64,000 nt of DNA from Rhizophagus irregularis (Eukaryota). A program made the position numbers and the translations under genes. A model generated the notes under the pieces. The model was not told where the DNA came from, searched no databases, and worked only from the letters and a program-made list of their open reading frames with translations. The stretch lies in contig NC_089429.1 of the NCBI RefSeq assembly GCF_026210795.1, forward strand, positions 2,170,001-2,234,000, in the 5' to 3' direction. Each line of letters opens with the position of its first letter. The first letter of the stretch is position 1. Shown here piece after piece: positions 12,818-24,989 of this stretch.

Positions 12818-13336
12818 TAGTGTCCCGAAAGGGTCGGGTCAAACCCGGGTTATTGACCCGACTGGGTCGCATTATTTGATAACCCGTAACCCGCATGAAC
12901 TCGACCCGACCCGTCGAGTCGGGTTATACCTTTACTTTGACCCGGCGACCCGAATCTTTCTATTATATTTTTAACTAAAATTTCAATTTTTTTATATTAC
13001 AGCTGTTTTCATAAGACCTGGGACAAACTAAATTTTTGAACCCGATCCGCCGATCCGCCGATCCGGTATTTTTAGACGGGCACGTGATCCTGATTTGATA
13101 GTTTGATTTGTAAAATAAATAACTGAACCGGATCGGTGGGCCGGCGGTCGGGTTCAAAAATTTATTTTGTCCCAGGTCTTATGAAAACAGCTGTAAATAC
13201 AAATTGACGGGTCGAACCCGGGTTATCCGAGTCAGACTATAGTCAGGTCATGTCGAATCCGAGTCGTTACTTTTACACTCGGGTCGAGTTCAAATACACC
13301 TCAAAACCCGACCGACTCGACCCCTTCGGAACACTA
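12818..13336. mobile_element. hAT-like MITE carrying a nested element
   Basis: TIR tagtgtcccgaaaggg / ccccttcggaacacta; 8-bp TSD ctcacagt/gtcacagt (7/8); many gacccga/tcgggtc subterminal repeats. Confidence 0.85.
13000..13193. mobile_element. Tc1/mariner-like MITE nested in the hAT-like MITE
   Basis: Near-perfect ~50-bp TIR cagctgttttcataagacctgggacaaa.taaatttttgaacccga / reverse complement; flanked by TA/TA. Confidence 0.85.
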
Positions 13337-13887
13337 GTCACAGTACTTTAGGTTATTGAATAACGCTAAAATGACACCATAAGGCGTAAGTACTAATAAA
13401 AAAAATGATTTGTATTTTTGTATAGAAACTTTTTTAATTAATCTATACATTTAATTATTGTATTATTTTAGCACTATTTGAATAAAAATTATAAGAGAAC
13501 TTATAATATAACATATAACAACAAGGTAATAGAGTATTTTATACTTAAATTTTCATCAAATATAATTAGATTTTTTTTTTGTTTTAAATTAATTTATTAT
13601 TTACTTTTTTTTATATTTGTACAAGTAATGCAATTAAGTAGTAATGGTTTTCATTATTAGTTAGTATTATGTCTGTACTGAAAATTTTACAATAATAAGA
13701 GCGCTATAGCATTTTAATTGGTCAATTCTCATGTGACTGTATTTTGTGTTTGGTACTACGTCAGGTCAACCATTGTCAATAAGTTATAGTTTGTTAGAAA
13801 AATGTTTCGGAGTTTAAATTGATTCTAAATTCCCGATGAATGGGGATGTGTCAATTGTGTCATGAAGGAATAGTTTACCAAATAAAA

Positions 13888-14114
13888 CTCCGATTGGCAA
13901 AAAATTCAGCTACGAAATGAATTTCTAAATAAGTAAAAAATCTTAGAAATTCATGGCGGATTGTCAACATGCATAATTGTTTTTTTTCTATAAACGTTCG
14001 TTTCTCCGATTGGCAAAGAATTCAGCTACGAAATGAATTTCTAAATAAGTAAAAATTCATTACACAATGGCGGATTGTCAACATGCATAGTTGTTTTTTT
14101 TCTATAAACGTTCG
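13888..14114. repeat. Tandem duplication of a ~113-bp unit just upstream of kinase 1
   Basis: ctccgattggcaaa.aattcagctacgaaatgaatttctaaataag...atggcggattgtcaacatgcata...tataaacgttcg at 13888-14000 and 14004-14114. Confidence 0.9.
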
Positions 14115-14201
14115 CTAATGAATTGTATTTCAGAAATATAAATACTCTTGTATTATTTTTATATTCAATTTTTATAATCTATTTTCTTGAAATACAACAT
14201 T

Positions 14202-17200
14202 ATGAACACAGCTGATAATCTATTTAATATTTATCTATTTAAGATTAATCCTGCACCATCTAGTCCTGTACCTGTTTTATTTATTCCTTTTAAAAATAAT
14301 GAAAAAAAATGTAATTATTGTGGAGTTGAATACTCCAAGACACTTAAATTTGAACAAAAATATTGTAAAAATTGTTTATTTCGTTATATTAAATACATGG
14401 ACAACGATGTATGTTTGAATAAGTATGTAAGTACAAGTAATACTCATCAGTGTATTAAACATAAAGCAACTAGGAATAATTTTTGTGCAACAAACATTCA
14501 AGAATGGTGTGAACATTGTTCTGAGATTTTATACTTTACACACTTAATCCCAAATACTTCATCATTAAATAATTACTCTAAATATTGTTCTGGACGAGGA
14601 TATTATGCAACAAAACTTGAATATAATAAATTTAAATTAGTTGAGTATGGTCAAGAACATCATCATCAAGTTTATTCTGAATGGGTAGAATCAATTTTAA
14701 CTAAAAAGTCCATTCAAATTTTATATTTATCATGGTGGGATAACTTTGATAAGTGTGTAGTCTGTTTACAAGAACTAAAATATATTCACCAAGAGTCAGT
14801 ACCTTATTACCAAAAATGGTGCCAAAAATGGTGTTCAAATTGCTTTATAATTTATACTGGATGTAGATATTGTTTAATCACAAATATTATTTTTGGAATT
14901 ACAAGTCAATCTCAATGTAAAAATTGTAAAAGAATATCATTTATTAATATTGATATTACAAATATTAACAGTGAAAATCGTATCGTAGATGATTTTATTC
15001 TTACTTTTACAAATAATAATACAGATTCAGATTCATTAAAGTTTATTAGAAAATTATATAGTAATGTGATAAAATGTTTAATAGAATGGATTCCATATTC
15101 TCAATTTAAAGATTTAAGAAAAATAGGAGAAGGAGGATTTAGTATTATTTATAAAGCAACTTGGTCGGATGGTATAAGGAACACTGACGTTGCTTTAAAA
15201 AAATTATTTAGTTCACAGAAAATTGGGAAAAATTTTCTCAATGAGGTAATGTTAATGTTAATATATTTTTTTAATGTGCTTTATTCGATTATTTATTAAG
15301 GATTATATTTATACTTTAGATAAAATCACTTTCTCAATGTACCGAAATAATTGGTTTTCATGGTATTACACAAGATCCTGTAACAAAAGAATATATATTG
15401 ATAATGGAATATGCAAATGGCGGAAATTTACATAATTATTTGCAAAATAATTTTATAAATATTACGTGGGAAGAAAAATTACGTATTTTAAAGAAAATAT
15501 TATCCGGGTATTTATATTTTTTAATTTATTAACTTATTATCTGTATTTATATTTATTAACTACTAAATGTTTACATTTTAGACTTAAATCTATTCATAAA
15601 AATAATTTTATACATCGGGATTTTCATAGTGGAAATATATTATTATCAGACCAATCTTGGCTAATTGGAGACTTTGGATTATCACAACCTGCAAATAGTA
15701 CCTCACCAAATAATGAAATATATGGAGTAATACCTTATATTGCACCAGAAATATTTAAAGGTGCTGCATTTTCTCAAAAATCTGATGTATATAGTTTTGG
15801 TATGATAATGTGGGAACTTACAACAGGTTGTAAACCTTTTGCTAATGTCGAGCATAATGTTAATCTAATTTATGAAATTATTGATGGAAAACGACCCGAA
15901 ATTACAAATGATACCCCTGAATTGTTTGCTAATTTAATGATAAAATGTTGGGATTCTGATCCTTCAAAAAGACCAACTGCTGATGAAATAGAATGGAAGT
16001 TTTTAAATGAAACTGAATTTAAAGAAGCATTTAAACAAGCTAAAGAAAAAAGATTAGAATTAAGACAAGAAGCATGTAAACAAGCTAAAAAAAAAATATT
16101 AGAATGTGAACAAGCATTTAAACAAGCATTTAAACAAGCACTTGAACAAGCTGAAAAAAAAGGATTAGAATTAATGCAAGAAGCATTTGAACAATCTGAA
16201 AAAAATGGATTAGAATTAATTCAAGCACTTGAACAAGTTAAAAAAATAAGATTAGAATTTGAACAAGCTGAAGAACTAATACAAGAAGCACTTACACCTG
16301 AACAAACTAAAAAAAAAATATTAGAATTAATACAAGCAATTGAACAAGTTAAAAAAGAAAGTTTAGAATTAATACAAGAAGCACATAAACAAGCTGAAAA
16401 AAAAATTAGAATTAATACAATTAATACAAGAAGTACGTGAACAAGCTGGAAAAAAAAGATTAGAATTAATAAAAGCAGCACATGAACAAGCTGAAAAAAG
16501 CATATTAGAAATAATACAAGCACATAAACAAGCTGAAAAAAAAGGTTTAGAATTAATACAAGAAGTACATGAACAAGCTGAAAAAAAAGAATTAGAATTA
16601 AAACAAGAAGCACTTGAGCAAGCTGAAAAAAAAAGATTGGAATTAATACAATTAAAGAAACTTGGACCCGAATTTAGTGAAAAACCTCATCCAAAAGCAA
16701 TTTATACAAGTAGAGCATTAAGTTCATTGATTTCTAAATCTTCTATAGATTTTTCTTCAATTAATTCAGTTAATATTAAACAAGGTATGTTATATTAATG
16801 ATTACTAACTCGCAGTTAGATAATGATCTATTTATTTCATTTTTATATTAACTTAAATACTTTTTAGAGTATATTACAAAAGAATATGAACTTGATATAA
16901 ATAAAGTTCAAAGGTAACTGTTACAATGAGTAAAATATTAATAATATATTAGAAAATTAAAATTTTTCATTATGCATTCTTAGTTCATCCACTCAAAATA
17001 TAAATTCTTCCGTTCAAGTCTCTAATTTTCAGCATCAAAATGTTAGTGGACCTAGTGGACTATTGAATAATTTGATATCAACTGTAATTACAAATTCTTC
17101 AAGAAAGCGAAATATTGAAGAATTAGAGATTGAAACACAAAAAAGTAAAAAAAATAGTAAGTAAACTTTATGACAAATTATATTTGTAGTATTGTAGTAA

Positions 17201-17261
17201 GGTGTAATCACGTTAATTTATATTAATGTTTTTTTTAATTGAAATAGGAGAAAGATATTAA
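14202..17261 (+). CDS. Cys-rich N-terminal domain + TKL-type protein kinase (kinase 1) with an expanded coiled-coil repeat and an apparent +1 frameshift at ~16400. Predicted exons: 14202-15245, 15320-15507, 15582-16784, 16868-16913, 16984-17156, 17248-17261
   Basis: GEGGFS, VALK, HRDFHSGN, GDFG, YIAPE and DVYSFG motifs; GT-AG introns at the same positions as in kinases 2 and 3; tail LGPEF..HPKAIYTSR lies in a shifted frame. Confidence 0.85.
16030..16650 (+). repeat. Coding minisatellite: ~14 units of ~42-45 bp encoding EQAEKKRLELIQEA-like peptides
   Basis: Repeated gaacaagctgaaaaaaaaagattagaattaatacaagaagca; kinases 2 and 3 carry a single unit. Confidence 0.9.
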
Positions 17262-17780
17262 AAGCTTATAATTTAGATAAATAACTTTGTTTATGAAGTA
17301 TAATCGAATATGATAAGTTTGAGTGTATTTATATTTTATGTATTATTTTTAAATTTTAAATAAAGTATAAAATTAAACATTTACATGTTAACACATAAAT
17401 GACGATTATCATATTATTACATCACGCAAAAAACATACGTTCCAAACCATACATGATTCTATAATTCAAAAAACGTTTATTTCGTGTGTAGGGATACAGA
17501 CGGATACTGTAAATTTGTCAATTTAATTTTCGTACAAAAAGACGTCATACAATTAAAATAGGCCTAAATAGACTACATCAAATATTGATCTGTATAATAA
17601 TACTACTTTATTTTATACTATGTATTAAGTATTAGGCTATTAGCAATATTATTACGGTTATAGAAAATTATTATTATATTTAAATAAACTCACACAAGCT
17701 GAGCGATATATAATATAGTGAAGTTGGCTTTGTTTGTAACATTAACGCAAATATTTAGCACAAATGTGAACATAAAAAGT

Positions 17781-18330
17781 TGTACATTTACGAGGTTCAT
17801 GTGATCATGTGAATATTAATAAATATTTTATGTGGAAAATTTACAGGCTTACCAAAAAAAATTACTTTTATCCAATCTATTCTTCCGAAATCCTAACTTG
17901 TTCAGTATTGTAAAACTATCAACGATAAACTTCTGAGAGTTGACACGTGATTTATTATTTCACATTCTCGGCGTTGTTCACCTACACCCCTACAGTATGC
18001 TTTATTCCCATTATTGTCTCCTTCCTTTTTTATGACTTTCTTTAAAAGTTTCATGAGTTAAAGTCCAAGTACAGTCATACTGAGTGCAGGGAAGGTTGTG
18101 CGCTCGAGTTAAATCGTTGTGCGACAAAATATGTTAAAATTCAGATTATTAAAAATTGAACGCAAAAATTTATTTATTCTCTGAAACGCGCAGATTATTT
18201 TCAGTATGTACTTTATCTGAACATGATAATATAATTAAGATATTTGACTATTTCAAAAAATTGTTCGGCACCTGAAATGGAAAAAACTTTTTCCTGTTAA
18301 AAATTCTAACTTTAGCATGTTTAAAAATTC
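17781..18330. repeat. Dispersed repeat family A, copy 3
   Basis: Collinear with 11849-12410. Confidence 0.8.
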
Positions 18331-19438
18331 ATAACTCAAAAAAAATAATATGAAATAAATAAAATAAATTTTCAAATATTTCGCTTTAAAATATTAAGAA
18401 GTAGGTGATTTTTTTGATATGTAAATATTTTTTATTTCTTTTTTGTATAAACAAGGCATTACATTTATTACGCATCATTTTTTTATTACGTTTGAAAGAG
18501 ATATTGTGCAAAATGACTTATAGTAACTTAATCATTATGATATGAAACCTATTAACTTGTGCTTTATTAACATTAAAATTTAAATTAATACTTTTAAGAA
18601 ATGGAATACCTCCCATTTTGAAATTATAATTCTTTTTTCCATAGAGAATATTTCTTACATGATTTTTGATTTTTATAATTCGAAGTGAGAACGATGATTT
18701 TATAAAAAGCATACCGATACGATACCGATACGTAAAATTTAGAACGTTCTAACCGAATTTGATATGAAAAATCAAGAAAATCCAGATTTATAATAAAATT
18801 ATTTAAAGTCTTAAAGACTATTTTTTTAAAAAAATTCTCATAAGACGAACTTGATATTCGCTAGTTCAAACCAGAACGAAGCTCAAATTTTTGACAAGAA
18901 AAATCAAAAATAAGGCGTCGATCATAAAGAGCTTTAGTCAATTTATCTGGAAGGAACAACTTAAATAGTGACGTAATAGTAAAAAGGGTAAAAGATAAGA
19001 AACAGAAGTACTAGTTTATAAATAGTGATAGGCAAATCGGCCGAAAATAAGTGAGCGGAACTATACAATAATTATGACTTTGGTATTTATAGTTTCGTCC
19101 ATTGTTACCCTAATTGTGCATCAAAGTATTTTTCAAATCTACAAACGTATATGGTTTTATTGCACTAATAGGGTAATTATATTACCATACAAACTTGTTT
19201 TAGCTATTTTTTGTCTCCTTTTTCGTTCGGTCATACTAAATGCCGATCATTTCCGTCAGCGATTAGCTTATCTTTGCCCAAACACTATTTGATTGGTGTA
19301 TGATTCAAAATGATCGACACACCCTAAATCCGAAAATGATATAATTTATACTAATTTAATAATTTTGACGTAATTAAAAAGAAATCCCTTCTTTTATTCC
19401 TTTCTCCTACTTTTTTCTATTTACTTTTTGTATACAAT

Positions 19439-21133
19439 ATGTCATGCTCAAAATTATTACCAGGAAATTTACCAGAATTAACCAACGAAATTATACAATA
19501 TCTTCGAAATGATTATGGTACATTACATTCATGTATATTGGTTAATAGATTATGGTGTCGTCTAGCAATTCCAATATTATGGGAAGATCCATTTTCAATG
19601 AAACATCCTAAAAATTATTATTTCATTGAAATTTATTTACATAATATAAATGATGATGATAAAACAAAATTAAATGAATATGGAATTGATAGTGACTTTT
19701 TTCCTTTAAATACATTATTCAATTATCCTAATTTTATTAAATCTTTAAATACAAGAAAAATTTTGGTTTCAGCTGAAAAATGGGTTGGAACTATTAGAAA
19801 TTTATTAAATAGGAAACAACCTAATAATAATAATTTTAAACAACAAGAAACAAATTATGTATTTCCTTTACATCCATTTGACTTAAATTTATCAAGAAAG
19901 ATTTATAAATTATTATTTAAAATCTTTATTAATAATGAAGCAAATTTAAATGCTCTTGAATATGTATTAAATGAATTTTATGATTATGATACAGTTGAAT
20001 TAATTTTACAAAATCCAAATTTTATTAGTAAAATTAATAATTTAAAATTAATGAAGATTAATTCTTATTTAAATTTTTTATCATTTGTATCAAATACTTG
20101 TAATTCAATAACGACACTTCATTTCGATTTTATAAGAAGAAATATTATGGATAAAACTTTAATTAATAATAATTTATCAGAGATAATCAAATCACAACAA
20201 AATCTTCAAAAAATTTTATTCGAACAAATTGAATTTTCTTTAAATTATACATTATTATCATTAAAACATTCTAATTGTTCAAATACTTTAAGATCACTCC
20301 TATTTTTTGAAGTTGATTTTAAAAATACTAATTCAATTATTTTATATGAAGTATTTGAATTATTAAATGTATTAGAATCTATTCATATACTTTATTGTTA
20401 TTTTGATTCTAATTTTATTCAACAAATTGTTAATATTACCAAACCATTTAAATTAAAATCCTTATTTTTAAGTACTACTTTACAATTTGATTCATTACAA
20501 TTATTATTAAGAAAATCTGGTGATTATATAGAAAATTTTGGTTTTAAATCATTAATAAGTAATGAAATGAAAAAAAATTTATTTGATTTAACTATTAAAT
20601 ATTGTTCAAATATTAAATTTTTTGATTTACTTGGTTTTAATAATCAAAATATTTTTTTTGCTTTTAATTTAATTGAAAGAATTGAAAAAAATCTTAATTA
20701 TCTTTCTATTAATTTTTGTAAATTTTTTAACTTTCAATTAAGTGATGATATTGAACTTAGTTCAATTATTTTATTAAATTTAGGTCAATTATTACCTACT
20801 AAATTAGAATATTTGAATTTAGCTCTTATGATTAATTCTGATAATTTAAAAATTTTTTTAAAAAATTCTCAAAATACTTTTATTAACAAATTATTAATTA
20901 GAAATAAAATGTCTAAAACTAGTGAAAATATTTTACCTATTATAAAAGAATATATTATGAAAGAAAGTAGGGTTAAATTTTTAGCTTTTGAAGAAGTTTT
21001 TTTTATTGGAAAAAGGAAAGATTTGGTTTTTTCAAAAGATGATGTAAAAGAATTTGATTTTTATGATATTCAAGTCATAAATTACAATGATTTACAAATT
21101 AATGTTGGTAATTTTATAAAAGAAATTGATTGA
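19439..21133 (+). CDS. Intronless F-box/LRR-like protein, 564 aa
   Basis: MSCSKLLPGNLPELTNEIIQYL..LHSCILVNRLWCRLAIPILWEDPF; LRR-like body; family C-terminal motif IKEYIMKESRVKFLA. Confidence 0.9.
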   Translation: MSCSKLLPGNLPELTNEIIQYLRNDYGTLHSCILVNRLWCRLAIPILWEDPFSMKHPKNYYFIEIYLHNINDDDKTKLNEYGIDSDFFPLNTLFNYPNFIKSLNTRKILVSAEKWVGTIRNLLNRKQPNNNNFKQQETNYVFPLHPFDLNLSRKIYKLLFKIFINNEANLNALEYVLNEFYDYDTVELILQNPNFISKINNLKLMKINSYLNFLSFVSNTCNSITTLHFDFIRRNIMDKTLINNNLSEIIKSQQNLQKILFEQIEFSLNYTLLSLKHSNCSNTLRSLLFFEVDFKNTNSIILYEVFELLNVLESIHILYCYFDSNFIQQIVNITKPFKLKSLFLSTTLQFDSLQLLLRKSGDYIENFGFKSLISNEMKKNLFDLTIKYCSNIKFFDLLGFNNQNIFFAFNLIERIEKNLNYLSINFCKFFNFQLSDDIELSSIILLNLGQLLPTKLEYLNLALMINSDNLKIFLKNSQNTFINKLLIRNKMSKTSENILPIIKEYIMKESRVKFLAFEEVFFIGKRKDLVFSKDDVKEFDFYDIQVINYNDLQINVGNFIKEID

Positions 21134-21472
21134 ATTTAACTTTTTAACTTTTGATTATTACCTTGTTATTTTTTTTTTTCATTCATTCATTTATGTATCT
21201 ATTATATATATTAATAAAGGATTATATTTTTTACACATAAGATGATAATGTGCCTCAGGAATACATTATTATAAATTTGTTTGATTTTAAAAAGCAAAAG
21301 ACTAAAGATGTATTAAAGTAAGTAAAATGCACCAAAAGTGCAAAGGACCCATAATAGCACAATAAAATATTATTATACACCGATATGAGTTTTATTGAAC
21401 AAAACCTCGATTTAAAATAAGATGAAAAGGTCATGAATTAAGTAAATGCATTCTGTGGGGTAATATTCGTAA

Positions 21473-21737
21473 CCCTATAAAAAAAGAATGTCCGGAAATT
21501 GTAGCTGAAAACGTCCGGAAAATGTTTATTTGTCTGGAATATGTCCGGAATATTGCAATATTCCGGACGTTGGAAAATTTCCATTTTCCGGAAAATGTCC
21601 AGAAAATGTCTAGGAGGGTTCAGACCCAGCGTCCAGAAAGTGTCCGGAATATTGCAATTTTCTGGACGTTTTCCGGACACACGGACATTTTCCGGATGTT
21701 TTTAGCTACAATTTCCGGACATTTTTTTTTTACAGGG
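21473..21737. mobile_element. MITE with CCCT termini, long TIRs and 3-bp TSD TAA
   Basis: ccctataaaaaaagaatgtccggaaattgtagct / agctacaatttccggacattttttttttacaggg; taa on both flanks; internal tccgga repeats. Confidence 0.85.
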
Positions 21738-23180
21738 TAATAATTTATTAATGGGTGTGATTATTTTTCGGATATTTTTTTTTGGTATCCTAATTATTTA
21801 GGTAAGTTTGTAGTAAAACCCATACCCATAGGTTCGTTTATATGTATGAACTAAGTATTTCTATTAGAATAGGCTGTATATTGTAATTTTTTTACATATT
21901 TACACTTATAGTTTTCTTAAACTCTATTTGGAAATAGTTTCCTTGTTTTAATTTTTGATACAGCAATCATAAAACAATTTTTGATTGACTTAAATAAACA
22001 TTTCCATCATTTTTATTATATTGAAACTAACTATTAAATTAAGGATTACTAATTATTGTTAATTAATAATTCTTTTTTTAGAATTATCTCTAAGGGTTAA
22101 ATGATAACAATGATAAAATTGATTCCATCACATTAAACAGATGGCGTAGCGACTAGCGAATTGTCAAAATAATTAATAATTAGGGAGGCGTTGAAGGATC
22201 ACATGAGAATACTCCATATTCAGTCTAGATGAACCTTAAGGTCAAAATTTATCATTAATCAGCTGTAACTCTATATTAAAGATAACACTAAATAAAAAAA
22301 CAACCAATTGTTAGCAAGGTTCTTGACCAACCATTTCATTCTAAAGCTAAGTAAAGACAAAATCTCATAGTGGCGATAATTTATTGGTCTGTTGTTACAA
22401 GCACAAAATCTTTCCTATTTGTTTATACACAGTACACAGTGTATTAGTAACCAAAAATGAATAAAGCAAATACTAACTCGCTGATATATGAAATATGTGT
22501 ATTTATCATTTTACTTCATATATATGGAAAAAATGTATAATGGGGTGTTTTTGGCATTTATTGCATATTTATCTCGCTATAAATGTATCATACATATATA
22601 TAATCAAAGTTGGCCAAAAATATTTTTTTTCTGGTTAAATTTGCCGATCAACAATAATTCATAATTCTGGCCGAAATTTTGTTAATTCTGGCCAATTTCG
22701 TAATGCCGGCCTAAATTTCGTTAAAAATGAAAAAGTTTGATCATAACTTGTATTATATTAAAAAAAAAAATTTTTTTTTTAGATTTATTTAATGGATTCA
22801 GAGAAAAACTTGGAATATGAGAATCATGTTATCTGTCCAATCTACCATACCGATCGACCCATTACTATGAAAATTTGTGAAAAATCAATTATTTTTTAAT
22901 CATAATTGAAATTAATGATATATTGAAATAATTAGCGTAATGTAACTTTAATACACTATATTAATTTTAACTAATTGAAAATTTTTGTTGGGGTATAAAA
23001 CATTTTAATTTTATATGAAAAAAATTGAATCTGGTAAAATTTTACGTTAAAAAGGGTAAATCTATTTATTTATGAAAATTGATAAAGAAATTTCTATCAT
23101 ACATAAAAAAAAAAGATAATCAATTTACATTAAAAAAAATAAATCTATCCTATGCAAAAAATAAATTGACTTATATGAGT

Positions 23181-23449
23181 AATCAACTTGTTTTCATCGA
23201 TCAACTAAATCAATGATCAACTCCATCACGAAAATCAAAAAATTATTTTTAGCTATTATTCAACCTCCGCAAAAAAAAAATAAATAAATAAACCTATATG
23301 AAATACCAATCATCCTATCAACTTATTTTCATCGATCAACTAATGATTTTACCCTATCAACGATCAACTCCATCACGAAGATAAAGAAATCATTAAAAAA
23401 TTATTTTTTAACTATCATACAACCTACTCAAAAAAAAGTAAACCTATAT
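23181..23449. repeat. Degenerate tandem duplication, ~120-135 bp unit
   Basis: atcaactt.ttttcatcgatcaacta...gatcaactccatcacgaa...aaacctatat occurs twice. Confidence 0.7.
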
Positions 23450-23733
23450 TAGATACAAAAAAAGTAATAGCAACATGGAAGAAAAATACAAAAATTAAGA
23501 AATAATTGAAGAAATTATCAATTTATTCAATCTACTGTACACAAAATTAGTGATCTAAGTATTTAATATTATAAATTGAAAATCATCACACAAAACTCAC
23601 CTTAAGAATTTCTTATTCTCTGCTTAGTATTTTTGTTTAAGTCACTAAAATAACTTCAAACCACCCAAAGAGTAGATTTGTGGAAATTATTAGCGTAAGC
23701 ATATAATATTATAACCAACAAATATAGTTAAAA

Positions 23734-24791
23734 GTATAAGACTAATTTTAACCCGGGGTGATTTAACCTGGGTGATTTAACCTACTAGTAAATTTTATAT
23801 AATTATATGAATTATTCACCCCTATCATGTGATAAATTTGATTGGGCTGGCTAATATTTATAGTTACACTATGTTTATATTATTTTTTTTTCGTTTTTTT
23901 CTTCCCCCTTGTTTTTTTTTCTTTTCGTTTTATTTTCCTTCCTTTTTCCATTCCATTTCCTTTTTTTGTTTATTATTTTTATCTTCTTTCTTTTTTTTTC
24001 TTTAGTACATTTTTTTTAGGTCTTTAGGCTCTTCCAGGTTTTACAAGTTCTAATACAATATTATATCTTAACGCGTTAAAAAGGTACGTTCTCTTTTTTT
24101 GTTGGGTTTGTTTTTTAATTTTGTTTCTTACTAACTATATTTTCTTTTCTTTATGCCGTTCTTTAACTCCTTTCTCTTCAACATTATATGACGCGTTTTG
24201 CTCTTAACTTGCTTTTATTTGGTCATTAACTTTTTTTATGGATTCGCTCTTAAACTTAATTATGGGGAGTTTTTCTTTTTTCTTTGTAGTGGGTATTTTT
24301 TTTTATTCTTTAATCTTTAGGTTCTTGCTTATTTTCTAATTTTTATTCTTTACTAACTATCTTTTCTTTACTCTATACTGCTCTTTGACTTAATATGTTT
24401 TACTTTTCTGTCACGAATTTTACTTTTAGACTTCATAGGTTTCATCATCATTTCATTCTTTAACTTTTTACATGAGTTTCATTCTTTATTCTTATAGCTT
24501 TGTTCTTTTGTTTGCTTTGTTATTGTCATGTATTTTTTTGTGTATATGTACCATAATTATTAGTCCTGTTAAAAATAAATAAAGTATGAGTTTTTTTCTA
24601 ATTAATAAACTTTGATTAAATATTTTTAAACCATTATAGTACAAAAAAATTTTGCGAATAAAAGTGTTGCAAATTTTCAGTAACGTAAATAAATTAAATT
24701 AACCAATCAAATTGATTGGTGTAAAATATAAATATTTAGGGGGGGTGATTTAACCTAGGTTATTTAACCCGGGGGCAAGTTAGCAAAACTC
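23734..24791. mobile_element. Non-autonomous MULE-like element
   Basis: 9-bp direct repeat tagttaaaa at 23725-23733 and 24792-24800; G...C termini with imperfect TIRs containing ttaacc(c/t)ggg and gggtgatttaacc subrepeats at both ends. Confidence 0.7.
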
Positions 24792-24989
24792 TAGTTAAAA
24801 GGACTGGAAATACAAGAGAATATTAATAATTTATAAGAGCTTTATGTACCTTTTTTTTTGTCTTTAGTATTAAAAAAGTTTCTTGTAATAGAAAAATTTT
24901 AGTTTTTTATGTTTTACGCAAAAGCTGCCTAAAAAAAACTGCCATGATAAAATGAATTGATCAATCAGTATATAGTATGATATTAATAA

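Noticed and set aside
16221..16613. 130-aa hydrophobic minus-strand ORF
   Set aside because: Antisense shadow of the kinase coding repeat
21438..21740. Overlapping ORFs on both strands; similar cases at 8302-8604 and 12759-13157
   Set aside because: They fall within palindromic MITEs
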